Assembly: GCA_032718475.1 (NCBI GenBank)
Contig: JAUCBJ010008172.1
Coordinates: forward strand, 1-64,000
Origin: Nemertoderma westbladi
Lineage: Eukaryota > Animalia > Xenacoelomorpha
Direction of reading: 5' to 3'
Length of the DNA stretch: 64,000 nt
The notes beneath the pieces are model-generated. The model had not been told where the DNA came from. It did not search any database and saw nothing but the letters and a program-made list of their open reading frames with translations. Of this stretch, positions 11,790-23,555 are shown piece by piece. Positions within the stretch are counted from its first letter, which is position 1. The number at the start of each line of letters is the position of its first letter. Made by a program: the position numbers and the translations under genes.

Positions 11790-14700
11790 AGAGAGGAACG
11801 GTGCTACTTGGGGTAGTACCCGTGCGAGTGATTGGAGAAGGCAATCGATCAGTAACCACGCTAATGCTGGTTGATAGTGGAGCTGCCTTCACACTAGTCG
11901 AGGATTGGGTGGCCGAAGAAATATGATTGAGAACGAGGCCAAGCAGAATGGCGGTAACAACCATCTCCAGTAAAGATGAGGTCCTGGAGATGAGAACCGG
12001 ACGGTGCACCATCGCAGCAATAGCACCAGGATGCGACTATGGGGCGAGCATCGACCCCATCCAAGTGATAGAGTCAATAAACATCAATGCCAGACGGCCA
12101 ACCAACATCGAGGTCGAACAATATAAATTTCTGGACGATATTGACTTCTCAATCCCAGATGTGGACGTTAGGAAGGTATCCATCATAGTAGGAATGGACT
12201 GCCCAACGGCCCACGAAAGAATGCAAACGGTCTTCGGCGAAGACAATGCAGTATGACCCGGTGGCGATACTGACACCATTCGGGTGGACGCTAAGTGGCC
12301 CAATCAAGAGCAAGATACCATTTAGGATGTCGGAGACATCAGGATGCATGTTCGCGGGAACTATGCAGGAAATGAGTGATGAGAGAGCAGAGGAGCAACT
12401 TAAAAGACTGCTCAGACAGGATTTTGAAGGATTAAAGGAGACCGGGGTCGGGACCTCGGTGGAAGACAAACAGGCTCAGCAGAGCGTAGAGGAGTCTATG
12501 AAGTGCAACGAGGGGCGGTACACCATAGGAATGGTATGGAAACTACCGAAGTTACCACTGCCCGATAATAGAGGGATGGTACTCAGGAGACTCCGCAAGC
12601 TGAAACAAACACTAAAACGGAGCCCCGAGAAGAATGAGTACATCCACAGAACGATTAAGAAGTACGTCGAGAAAGGATGGGCCGTGGAGTTACCAGTCGA
12701 CGAACCAAACACGGACAGGACATATTACCTGCCACTCCACGTGGCTTTAGACCCAAAGAAAGGTAAACTGCGGATGGTAGTTGACGCATCGGCAAAGACC
12801 AACGGAAAATGCTTAAACGACTATCTGTTAGAAGGTCCAAACATAAACAACTCGGGCATAGAGGTCCTACTTAGATTTAGGAATGGGAAACACGCCTTCA
12901 CGTATGACATAGAAGGCATGTTCAACCAAGTCCGTGTAACGGAGGAAGATAGCGACAGTCAACGCTTCTTATGGTATAACGGCGAGGAAGAACCGTCGAT
13001 AATACCAGCGTACAAGATGGTAGTACAGAACATGGGAGCCAAGTCGTCTTCGTTTACGACCACTATGGCAGTGAGAGATACAGTGAAGGGAAAGGAAGAT
13101 AGATACAGCACTAGGGCCGTCGATATGATTCGACGCGGCTTCTACGTAGATGACGGAATGGAGTCTGGAAATACGGTTAAGGAGATACTGGACACAGGGC
13201 GCGAGGTTCGCGACATCCTAAAAGGATCCGGCTTTAACCTGACCAAATTCCAATCCAGTTCGGAGGAATTTATCAAGGTGATAGAGGACAAGAGACCAGA
13301 ATCGACCATGGATAATCCCACAACAGCCAAAGGGCAGGACATGGCGAACAAGAGAACAGAATCTCAACAGAAGGCATTGGGAATCGTGTGGAACAGAGAG
13401 ACAGATGAACTGAAGTATCAGCTGAGCCAGGAGGGCGCAGACATCCACACGAAGAGGGGCTATGTGTCGTATATAGCAAGGATATACGATCCCCTAGGTC
13501 TAGCATCCCCATTATTAGTCACGGGGAAACAGATACTCAAGAGAGTATACAAATTGAAGGATGAGTGGGACGTAGAGGTACCAGAGGAAATCAAGAAACA
13601 GTGGAGTAAGTGGACAGGAGACTTGGAGAAGATAGGAACATATAACATGCCACGAGTGTATTTCCCGGATGGGAACATGACGAATCTGGACCTACACATG
13701 TTCTCCGATGCGTCGTTGGAGCCGTACGGAGCGGCACTCTATTTAGTACAACGAGAGGGGGCTCACAAGCCCAGACTGGCCTTTAGCAAAGCAAAGTCAA
13801 CGCCGCCAGATTCAGCATCAGTTCCCAAATTAGAATTGACAGCTGCGAGACTAGGAGTTAGAGCCACAGCCTACCTAGTGGATACTATTCCCAACATAGT
13901 GGAGACACACTACTGGACGGACTCCATGGTAGTGCTTGGTTGGCTACATAACGAAAGGACGAGATACCCAATATTCGTCGCGAATAGGGTGGACGAGATA
14001 AGGGAGACCACAGAATTGGAAAGGTGGCACTACTGCCCAACGGACGAGAACCCAGCGGACTTGTTATCAAGGGGCGTGGCACGCCACACTTTCTTAAAAA
14101 AGGAAGCATTGTGGCAACACGGGCCGCAGTTTCTGAGCGACAAGGAGGCCTGGCCGCCGATGAGAAAGGTGGACCCGGACTCAGGAGAGGTAGTGTCAGA
14201 AGGAGAAGAGGGAGATTCAGAGGGAGAAGAGATATACTCCCAGATGGTGAGGGAGATAAGGGACGTGCAACCTAAACCAGAAGAACTGTGCGATAACCCG
14301 ACAGATAAACTCCTCAGCTACAGCTCTAGTTGGTATAAGACCAAGAAATTAGTGGCATACTGGAGAGCCTTCGGGAATTTCCTCGCGGGAGTTGGCAAAG
14401 ACAAGAAGATCAGGACAACCATAGATCTGGAAGGAGCGGCCAAGGCAGTCATCCACTATGTACAACGGAAGAACTATGGCGACGAGGTGGAACGCGTCGG
14501 TAACCAACAGCACCTTCGACGGGACAGCGAGCTGATCACGCTGTCGCCACAACTTAATGACGACGGGATTCTAGTAATGAATTCTAGGGTGGGATACAAC
14601 AACAGCATAGTCGTACCACCGAAACCCATCATCATTCCCACAGGATCGCCAATAGTCCACCAGATTATCTGGGACTCCCATAAGTCGATATTGCACGGGG

Positions 14701-15788
14701 GCACCAACCGAACCTTCACGGAGATAAGGAGGACCTTTTGGGTCAAGCAGTTGAGGAAGAAGGTAAAAGCGGTAGTGGGGCAGTGCCAGACCTGCTGACG
14801 AGCGAAGAAGGAGCGAGCCATACAAGAGATGGCACCACTACCAGCGAGTACAGTAAGACAGCACGACCCGCCATTTACACATTGCAGTGTGGACATGTTC
14901 GGGCCAATAAAGATCAAGGTGATGCGGCACACGGAGAAACGCTACGGTATTATCTTCGTATGTAACAACACGCGGGCGGTAGGGATAGAACTCGCCCAAG
15001 ATGCAACCGCATCAGCATTTATTAATGCATTAGAAAGATTCAGAGACCGCAAAGGTGGGACGATCGCAGTAATGTATTCCGACAGCGGAACCAACTTTGT
15101 GGGAGCAGAGAACGAGATGGCAGAGGCCTTGGACATCTTGGAAGGGGAGGAAGTCAGGGCGGCCATGAGACGACGACAAGTAAAGTGGGAGAGAAGGACG
15201 CCGTATGCACCACATACACTAGGATGCGTCGAGAGACTGGTGGGCAGTTCAAAGCGTCTGATGGCGAAGCTGATGAACACCCACATGGTCACTGAGGACG
15301 TCTTAAGGACAGTGCTTGCGAAGTGCGAGGGTATCATTAATAGCAGACCGCTATATCCGGAGAATGATGACCCTGAATCATTAGATGTGCTGACACCCAG
15401 CCATTTTCTAATGGAAAGGCCAGCGACCATCGATATGCGGGGTGTAGACCCAGATGACATACATTCCCGCCAGAGTTGGAAGGTCGCTAAAGCAATAAGC
15501 GCAGAGTATTGGAGGAGGTGGGTTGAGGAATACCTACCCACGCTTCATAAAAGAAGCAAGTGGAGGAAGTCAAATAGGGAGTTAAGAGAGGGAGATCTCG
15601 TAATCGTTACGGATGATACTATCATCAACAACCAGTGGCGGTTGGCGAGAGTCGTAGGCACTTACTCCGATGAGGACGGAAGAGTCCGATCGGTAGAAGT
15701 GCGGATAGGTGGAAAGATCGGTGCGAAAGACAGGAAAACCTACAGGAGAGCTGTAGGGAAATGCTGTCTATTAGAAGGGGCACCTTAG
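11790..15788 (+). pseudogene. pol: Bel/Pao pol: aspartic protease, RT, RNase H, integrase (in-frame stops at 11924 and 14796, frameshift ~12250)
   Basis: LVDSGA (protease); YYLPLH, RMVVDAS, DIEGMF, YVDD (RT); FSDAS, PKLEL, WTDS, NPADLLSRG (Pao RNase H/connection); HHCC, DMFGP, SDSGTNF, ERLVG (integrase). Confidence 0.95.
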
Positions 15789-15894
15789 GGTGGAGTTAGA
15801 GTGTAGTTTAGTCGTCCAAGTTTGGACTGAGGGGGGTGGGATTGAGGGCGAGACGCCCTTCCCACACATAAAAATGAAAAATAAAATAAATAAA

Positions 15895-16640
15895 AATTAG
15901 AGTTAGTTAGTTAGGAGTTAGTTAGAAGGTACGTAGTACCTAGAGTTAGTCGGTTAGAAGGTACGTAGTACCTAGAGTTAGTTAGTTAGTCAGTTAGAAG
16001 GTACGTAGTTCCTAGAGTTAGTTAGTTAGTTAGTTAGTCAGTTAGAAGGTACGTAGTACCTAGAGTTAGTTAGTTAGAGAGTTAGTAAGAGTTAGAGGGT
16101 ACGTAGTACCGATAGTTAGTGGAGTTAGGAGTAGTAAGAGGGTACGTAGTACCGTTAGTTAGAGAGTTAGTAAGAGTTAGAGGGTACGTAGTACCGATAG
16201 TTAGTGGAGTTAGAGGTTAGTAAGAGGGTACGTAGTACCGATAGTTAGTGGAGTTAGGAGTAGTAAGAGGGTATGTAGTACCGATAGTTAGTGGAGTTAG
16301 AGGTTAGTAAGAGGGTACGTAGTACCGATAGTTAGTGGAGTTAGAGGTTAGTAAGAGGGTATGTAGTACTGATAGTTAGTGGAGTTAGAGGTTAGTAAGA
16401 GGGTACGTAGTACCGATTAGTAAGAGTAGAGTTGGAAGTTAGTAAGAGGGTACGTAGTACCGTTAGTGGAGTTAGAGAGTAGTAAGAGGGTACGTAGTAC
16501 CGTTAGTAGAGTTAGAGTAAGAGTTAGAGGGTACGTAGTACCGTTAGTTAGTTAGTTAGAGAGTAGTAAGAGGGTATGTAGTACCGATTAGTAAGAGATA
16601 GAGGTGGAAGGGTATACATAGTATAGATATTAGTTAGTAG
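15895..16640 (+). repeat. Array of ~16 GGTAYGTAGTACC mini-hairpins separated by variable GTTAG/GAG-rich linkers
   Basis: Motif counted about 16 times at ~32-50 nt spacing between pol and the extra ORF. Stem GGTAC/GTACC with GTA loop. Confidence 0.9.
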
Positions 16641-17067
16641 TTAGTAGCGAGAGGGGGGCATATGAGTACAGTTGGGTAGATCGTGTAGGCCACGCGACAT
16701 ATACTGCTGTACTGCACAGGCCCATAGCGTAGGTCAGAATGTGGATTATGAAATAGAATAATCCATAAGCAGTAAATAGTAGAAATAGATTAGAAATAAA
16801 AATAGAATAAATAGGGCTAAGAAAATTACAAATGATGGTAACAGGAGGAAAATTATTCTGGAACATAATTAAAGCAACGGACAGAAATTGCAAATAGGGT
16901 ACATTTGTTAGCTACAAAATTAAGTAATAGAAATTAGGCTAAAAGGGCGTAGTTAGATAGAAAATAGGCCATTATCGGACCGTACAGACCATCCTAACTG
17001 CATCACTCACTTATATTGCGCCTTGGTAAGGCACCACCTTATAGGTGAGCGATCGGAGGAGTTCGAA

Positions 17068-19632
17068 ATGGCGGGAAAACTGATCAGAAAGAGAAAGGCG
17101 GAGTCAGGAGGAAAGGAGATACTGGTGGATTTCACCGAGAGGCATCCGGAAGAGAAGACGAGAGGATACTACGAGAGGTTGGAAAAGGGTCACGCGGCAC
17201 GAGCGCTGCAGGACCACTTCCGGGAGATGCACGAACAGCGGCTGGTCGGGACCTACGGGACGCCGTCGCTGGACAACGCGATCTTCCAACACTTCCACTA
17301 CGTGGTGAAAGGGGACGAGGCGAAGTTCGGGATTCCGAAGTACCCGAGGGAGTCACCGAGGAAGGATTGGAAGAGATTCATAGAGTCCGTCAACAGGGGA
17401 GGATATATGATCCTAGACGACGAGGGAACCGTGGAAGACGAGGAGGGTTCGAGACGAGGATCAGCGGGGTCGGCCAGGACCATACTCTTACATTTGGCTG
17501 CGCCAAATGGGGACATTTTCTTATTCGATCTAGGAACGTATGGGAAGAAAGAGGGGCCGAAATTAAACTGGTTGCCGAAAGCGGTGCAAGTCTTGGTAAG
17601 AGAGAAGTCGACGACGAAGGTGGGATCGGCGATTCGCGAGGACGCGGAGAGAATCATCGGTCCGGACGCCACCAACCTCCTGGATATGCAGAAGGTCTTC
17701 ATGGCTATGACGGCACCAGATGGGTTGTGGGTAGTCGGGAACACAGGCCAATGCGGGGCGGTGGCAATGGGCCAGCTATTGGGGCTCGTATGCCACAAAC
17801 CGATGGACTGGGGGAAGTTCAGGGAGGAATACGGAGCAGAACTAGCGAACTCGCTAAAGTGGGGAGCGAGACCGGGAAAGCAAGAGGTATATCAATTCCA
17901 CAGAGGAGCGATAAAGGTATATCAGAAGCGATATATCCTGCAGGAAGATTGGATGATGATAAGTTTACTTAACTTATTCATGACCGTGGTTATCGAGAGG
18001 GAACCAGCGGCATTTCTGTTATCGGGATCACCCCTAAGCTACAGGAGAGCCTTTAAGACGGCCTTCGACGGTCTGGTAGACCACCCGGGGCTGAAGGGCG
18101 AGTCGGTGTACTACAATAGCCGACATCTGATAGACGGGGAGACAGATACGCCGTATCAGAGATGGGAGCAGCTAGAGACGGATAGACGAGAGGCAAAGCG
18201 ACTGGAAGAAGTCGCTAGACGGGAGAGGATAGAAGCAGAGGAGAGGGAGGAGGAGGCCAGGACGCAGAGTTACGGCTTCGAGGAACAGGCAGGCTTAGAC
18301 GAACTTCGTTGGACTTCATCAGGGAGTTCGGGGGAGTCTCTAGGGCGAGAACTGGGATGGACGGTGGGATCGCCGAAACAGTCGACGTCGGGGTTGCAAG
18401 CGATGCCCATACCAGCGGGCGCCGAAGGCGACCAACCGCCAAGGAAGTTAAGGGAGCTAGAGGGATGGAGATCTACGGGCGAGAGCCAAGGCGGGAAGGG
18501 ACATAGTGGATCCATCGGGATACCGGGGTTGGAGCCACTGCCAGAGGAGGAGGAAGACGACGACGAGTTCGGAGAGGTGCCGCCCATCGAGAGGATTGGC
18601 CACTCGGACACGGACTGGGTTGGCGGGAGGGTGGTGACGGCCAGTGGGGCGAGGGCCTTCTGGGATAGACCCGGCAAGCGGGCCTGGGTGCACGAGGAGC
18701 CGGCGATGGATTTCGCGGGGAGCACTATCAGGTTGGGCGAGCAACCAGGGACGGCACCACGGGTAGTATTCGGGGAGACGATGCCCGAGAGGGGCGAGGA
18801 GATCGACATAGACAGGGACACTAACGTGCAGAAGTTCGCCTACCAGCGACTCCACAGACTGCGGAGATTGCTTGGGACGAAAGACGATGTGGGGTGGGAG
18901 ACATTGGTACTCGGTTGCGACTACTGTGGGAGACAGACCCACCAGGAAAGGAGCTGTTTGTACCTGTTCCAAAAGGGAACCTTTTGTCTCTACTGCCGCG
19001 AGTCGAGCCACAGGATGGGGGCGTGTCCACGGTTGCATAACCGATGTCCGAAGTGCAACTTTCGGGGACACTACGGATGCCAGTGCGACTGGATGGATGA
19101 CGAAGAGAAGTTCAGAAGATTCGAGGAGTGGGCCGACGTCGGGGCCATGACGCGCCAGCGCATGAAGGCCCAGGAGTTCAAGTGGGGTTTCTTCCTCATC
19201 AATCAGGAGGCTCACATGGAAATCATAAAGCGGAGGCTACCGTTTACCTATCAAGAGGTAGCAACGGCGGCGTCGTATGCCGGGGTGATGAATACACAAA
19301 GGTATTTGGACAGGTGGACGCCACAGAACCGAGGGGAGTTTAGGGATTTCCTGGCAGAGCACGTGCCGCGGGCAATGAAGATGATCATATGGGACGCCAC
19401 CAGGGGGAGACAACAGGGCCACTTGGAGGGGCCACCCGCGAAGCGATATCGGGAGCTGATAACACCAACACCCAGGGAGCCAACGACCGGGATCAGTAAG
19501 GAGGTGGTGGCGAGGGTCCGAAGACAGAAAGCGGATCCCAGAGGAGCGGTAGTGACCAGGAAACGACCCAGGGAGGAGGACGGCAAAAGGAAAGACTTGA
19601 GGTGGTTCCCAAAGTCAGGGGGGATGAACTGA
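17068..19632 (+). CDS. Extra ORF: DEDDy-type (WRN/EXD2/RNase D-like) 3'-5' exonuclease domain, acidic linker, three CCHC zinc knuckles, basic tail
   Basis: Open frame 17023-19632, first ATG 17068. ExoI ILDDEG (~17410-17427), LLHLA..IFLFDL, LPKAVQVLVREKSTTKVGSAIREDAERI (ExoII), NLLDM, ExoIII-like QKRYILQED. CX2CX4HX4C at 18916-18957, 18985-19026 and 19045-19086. Confidence 0.8.
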   Translation: MAGKLIRKRKAESGGKEILVDFTERHPEEKTRGYYERLEKGHAARALQDHFREMHEQRLVGTYGTPSLDNAIFQHFHYVVKGDEAKFGIPKYPRESPRKDWKRFIESVNRGGYMILDDEGTVEDEEGSRRGSAGSARTILLHLAAPNGDIFLFDLGTYGKKEGPKLNWLPKAVQVLVREKSTTKVGSAIREDAERIIGPDATNLLDMQKVFMAMTAPDGLWVVGNTGQCGAVAMGQLLGLVCHKPMDWGKFREEYGAELANSLKWGARPGKQEVYQFHRGAIKVYQKRYILQEDWMMISLLNLFMTVVIEREPAAFLLSGSPLSYRRAFKTAFDGLVDHPGLKGESVYYNSRHLIDGETDTPYQRWEQLETDRREAKRLEEVARRERIEAEEREEEARTQSYGFEEQAGLDELRWTSSGSSGESLGRELGWTVGSPKQSTSGLQAMPIPAGAEGDQPPRKLRELEGWRSTGESQGGKGHSGSIGIPGLEPLPEEEEDDDEFGEVPPIERIGHSDTDWVGGRVVTASGARAFWDRPGKRAWVHEEPAMDFAGSTIRLGEQPGTAPRVVFGETMPERGEEIDIDRDTNVQKFAYQRLHRLRRLLGTKDDVGWETLVLGCDYCGRQTHQERSCLYLFQKGTFCLYCRESSHRMGACPRLHNRCPKCNFRGHYGCQCDWMDDEEKFRRFEEWADVGAMTRQRMKAQEFKWGFFLINQEAHMEIIKRRLPFTYQEVATAASYAGVMNTQRYLDRWTPQNRGEFRDFLAEHVPRAMKMIIWDATRGRQQGHLEGPPAKRYRELITPTPREPTTGISKEVVARVRRQKADPRGAVVTRKRPREEDGKRKDLRWFPKSGGMN

Positions 19633-20295
19633 GACTTCAATGTGGTACGCCTGGAAGGCGCCACGTGGGACTTACAAACTATTAAGTACAAATTCAAACT
19701 GATGCAAATAATTAAATAAGTGCAATTATATGTACGTACGTAGTAATCAGTAGTTTAGCAATGAAATATACGTTCGAAGTAAGTACTATAGTCATTCAAC
19801 CTTTCTCAATTAGCTACTGGGACTGGGGGGCTAACTGACTATGGTACTATGGACGAGACACCAGACGACTTCACATTTCTTGAGTACGACGGCACAAAGG
19901 GGGAGTGAGATTCGTCAGAAGGGATGGGGTAGTCAAAGGGAGGTCGAGTAGAGGTGATAGTGCAGAGTGCAGAGAGAGTGCGAATACAATTCAAGTGTGT
20001 GGGAGGAATAAGAGGCTGAGTAAGGGACAGGGAAGTCCGAGAGTTAAGCGGTAGTGAGGAGAAGTAGAGGAGAGTCAGGGTGGGAGCAGAGTGGAGTTAA
20101 AGTGGCGAAGTGTTGGGGAAACAAAAGTCGTGTGAGGAGCGCACGATCGGCCCGACATGGGACGCCAGGCGAAACGGGTAGCGATATCATACCCATAGGG
20201 AGCGGCCTGGAAAGCCGGCTCCGAAAGAAAATAGTTCCACCCCACACCCGATAATAGATCGGGATCCAGCGGAATTGTAGCGCACTTTAAGGTGG

Positions 20296-20333
20296 ATGCT
20301 ATCTTCTCACCGGGAAGATAGCATGGGGGGGAG
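20296..20333 (+). promoter_or_regulatory. Hairpin plus polypurine tract (plus-strand primer)
   Basis: ATGCTATCTTC-N7-GAAGATAGCAT (20296-20324), then GGGGGGGAG (20325-20333) abutting the 3' LTR. Confidence 0.85.
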
Positions 20334-20882
20334 TGTTAGCTTATTCAATTCAGCTAACACAAACCCATAAAGTCAACCGTTAAGCAATATTGGGGGCCAC
20401 GAGATTGGGTAACCAACAACTCGTGTCACCCCAACAAAGTGGGAAGGAGAACCACACAATAAGGGTCAGGGGCCAAACCCCTAACAGAGGGAGAATAGCT
20501 GGAGTGAACGGAAACACTCCAAAGGGCGCCAACAGGGACATTAGCCAATCAGAGGGGGGAAAGGCATCGGTTAGGTACAGTAACAAGGCCAACCCGTGCA
20601 ATATAACCAGTTGGCAGTAATCATCTCATTCAGTTATCTCAGTGTTATTGGTGTTACAGTAGCAATAGTTTAGCTAGGGAAGTACAGGGATTTCAATTAC
20701 CGTTTCCCGCCTTCCGTGTACAACAACGTATTATCAGTTATCTCATTACCAGTTATCTATATCTATATATACCCGAATGTTATACACGACGAATAACGCA
20801 AACTCTTTCACCTTTCACACACGGCGGGGACGCGTGAATTGACAAACCGGATAAACCGGGATCCTTCCTGGATCCCGTCACA
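20334..20882 (+). repeat. 3' LTR (549 bp)
   Basis: Direct repeat of 6727-7275, followed by TSD TTGAC. Confidence 0.97.
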
Positions 20883-20887
20883 TTGAC

Positions 20888-21477
20888 ATTTGTGTTGTTT
20901 CGAGGGATGAAAATAACCTTGGTGTCGAAGTTGTGGGACAAATATATCCCGTTTTTGTTAACGGTTGATGTGTACCTCATACTAACCTCATCGATATTCT
21001 CGTTAACATTCTTATCTATGTTAAAGTCGAGCAAACAGAATTCATCCACTCTGAGATTCAACCCATCGTAATATAGAACACCCTTCCGCTGTCTACCTAT
21101 ATCATCCGCTTCCCAAACGCCGACAAATCGTTGCCCTTCAAAGTCGTAGATATATTCAATGTACCCACAATCTTCGAACTCCATAAAATTCTCATCATGA
21201 ATTTCCTTCTTTTTTGGTTCAATACGGGAAAGAACGACTTTGCTGTAGATGCTTTGTAAGACAGCTAGAATTTTTCGCGAGATAAAAATTGATGCGCCGT
21301 TTTTCCCAATGCGTAAGTACGCATGATTTATTGGTGTTATAAGCAAATTGCCTCGGGTGTATTCCTTGTAATATTCAACGGCTATTTTATTATAATTGAG
21401 GAAGTCAAACAGGAATCTTATGTTCTGGTAAGTAAGACTTACCGATTCTTGCACGACATTGCGTCCTTTGGTATCAC
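20888..21477 (-). pseudogene. Middle part of ORF X copy A
   Basis: KGRNVVQESVSLTY...FIPRNNTNV is colinear with 48478-49060 and bounded by the RTE and Bel insertions. Confidence 0.85.
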
Positions 21478-21924
21478 TACTACTACTACTACTAGGATCG
21501 GCATGCTGCATTGCAGCTGCATTTTTAAGAATGCTGTGCCGGCTTGTCAACAAAATTGCACCGCCACAACTCCCTATCACCCATGACATTTGCTAGATCA
21601 TCCGCATCTTTAAGGCCAGTGTCCTTTAAGATGCGTCTCAAGAAAGTCATGGGCTGTCCACCATGCTTATTCACTCCATGAGGCTGCCAAAGTACAAGAT
21701 TATGCACTGGCTGGTCCTCACGGCGAAAGCAATGTCCTGCAAAGCGGAGGCGATTTTGTTCTAGTGTCAAGCTTGGGGGAACCAATGAGACACCTCCAAT
21801 GTTATATAGTGTCTGGTTGGAGATGTGTGCATTGTACTTGACACAATGAACCCGGCGTAGCATTCTTGTGAATGTGCCATCCAGAGATTTGGTGTCCTCA
21901 GCAGTTAGAGCCCAGCATGGACTC
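21478..21924 (-). mobile_element. 3' part of a second truncated RTE copy with (TAG)n tail
   Basis: Near-identical to 466-905. TSD GTATCAC at 21471-21477 and 34609-34615. Confidence 0.92.
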
Positions 21925-23085
21925 TGTTTGCGCTTTTAAGACCTTTGACAGTTTAACCTGCCAAATTAGGATGTCTTTTGGATGATATATATTCTTTAGC
22001 TTATGACGAGTATTTGATACACTACATTAGCCGAAGCCAGTCTATGCGCAATCATTCACCCGCTGGATATACCCGGGAGACTGAATTCGGAGCTTAATGA
22101 TTGATGGTGTAAGCCTACCGTATTATTCGACTGATCGTAATATATAATCTCTGACAAATATTATTCACTTTCGGGAAATATTAACAGTTCCTTTAGGACG
22201 TGGCGCTCTAAATATATAAACAGAGTTATGGCTTAAACTAGACACAACGAAAAGGCTATAGATTTACGTATATGGCGCATTCTTTAGGAGATGCTTTGTT
22301 ATCAGTTACAATCATACACAATGCTGCACAATACTGCACACTAATCTGCCGACCTTCACTAAATTTGGTCACGTATAAAGAGAGCAATATATGTCGGGCA
22401 TATGAAATAGCATTAGATTCACTTCAAACCACTTAACATAGGTCGCAATCGTTTATTTGTAACCGGTCTCTCTAACCTTTAGTATATCAAGAAGGTGGGG
22501 TATCTGACTATTGATCAGTATTCCGATATAATATTTCATCAACCAATATAATGAATAATCGACAGTAAAAGCAGTAATATTAGTAAGATATGGTAAGTAA
22601 GTAAGATATGAATTGCATAGAATTGGTTTGATAAGATTGATAACAGATATACGTTCTATAATTAAGCCTACTAATGTAAAGCTAAAGAATGCTGATATAC
22701 GGAGGTGCCAAAAGCCGATGTTCTTAGGCTCTGGGCAAAAACATAACACTGAACTACTGAGTTCTGTATCCACCTCCAACACAGAGACAAAAAACGCTCT
22801 GATTGGTCAACCGAACAACGAGAGAACAAAGAAACAAAGAAATGTCGACGTGGCAATATCAGCTGTTAGCCGTCGTCATGGTAGCGACACTGTTTTCAAG
22901 AGTATCGAGCTTATTGCGTCCCGAAATTGCGGATTATGTCCTCTAAAGTACAAATACAGAAGAAATGGCTTTTATGTCCTCTAAAACACCAGTACAGTAA
23001 GGACACGGCCTTTTTATGCCCAGTAAACCAACTACAGAGTACTTTACGGGTAAAATAACCAGCTAATTACGCAAAAGCTTTTACA
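21925..23085 (-). repeat. 3' LTR (1161 bp) of the RT-less element
   Basis: Near-identical to 33315-34488 apart from 7-bp and 6-bp indels and a few substitutions. Confidence 0.95.
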
Positions 23086-23111
23086 CCGCTCCCAGAAAAT
23101 GGGATTTAAGT

Positions 23112-23448
23112 CTATAAAATATAACAAATCACAGTTTCTAAAATATAAAGATACTCTAAACAGTTAGTCTTTCTTACGCAGACGGCGTTTACGCAGTTTT
23201 TTGAGGCTAGCAAGAGTCCTTTTCTCTTTGGGGCGAGCCACTTTACTAGGAGGGCTATAAATCCTGGGTGAAGGGTGCAATATGATTGCATCAGAAGGTG
23301 TAGGATTATGGTCGGGGTATCCGCCGTTTCGATATGCTTCTCCTCGAGCTGATTTTCCTCCGCTCGTAGCTGGATACGTCCATCCAAAACTCTCGCAGAG
23401 AATGGGGTTGTCTAAGTTCGATACCTTCTTAGAGATTCCGGATTTCAC
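23112..23448 (-). CDS. Possible small accessory ORF(s) before the 3' LTR
   Basis: The 91-aa frame (23112-23387) stays open at the same length in the diverged copy (55151-55426). The overlapping 94-aa frame ends in a basic KKLRKRRLRKK tail. The coding frame is uncertain. Confidence 0.3.
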
Positions 23449-23555
23449 AATCGAACTGAGATAAAGACAATTCGTTTATCGCTTGGACTTGCTGTTACAA
23501 CTTACGTTTATCTGAACAAACGCAGGTTTCCTTTCTGATCTTTGTAGAATAGCGT

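Larger units (their letters stand above)
6727..20882 (+). mobile_element. Full-length Bel/Pao LTR retrotransposon (14.2 kb) with an extra 3' ORF
   Basis: 549-bp TG...CA LTRs at 6727-7275 and 20334-20882. TSD TTGAC at 6722-6726 and 20883-20887. Domain order gag-PR-RT-RH-IN with Pao-type motifs. PPT before the 3' LTR. Confidence 0.97.

Noticed and set aside
15895-16640. CRISPR array (palindromic repeat plus spacers next to a nuclease)
   Set aside because: The repeat is only 13 nt, the linkers are related low-complexity sequences rather than unique spacers, there are no cas genes, and it sits inside a eukaryotic retrotransposon.
17023-19632. env gene
   Set aside because: No signal peptide, fusion peptide or transmembrane anchor; the motifs indicate a nuclease plus zinc knuckles.
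20780-21589. 269-aa ORF as a real chimeric gene
   Set aside because: Accidental read-through from the RTE tail through the ORF X fragment into the antisense LTR.
22453-22984. 109-125-aa ORFs repeated at 33850-34387
   Set aside because: They are inside the LTRs, have no motifs, and are not preserved in the diverged LTR at 53869.
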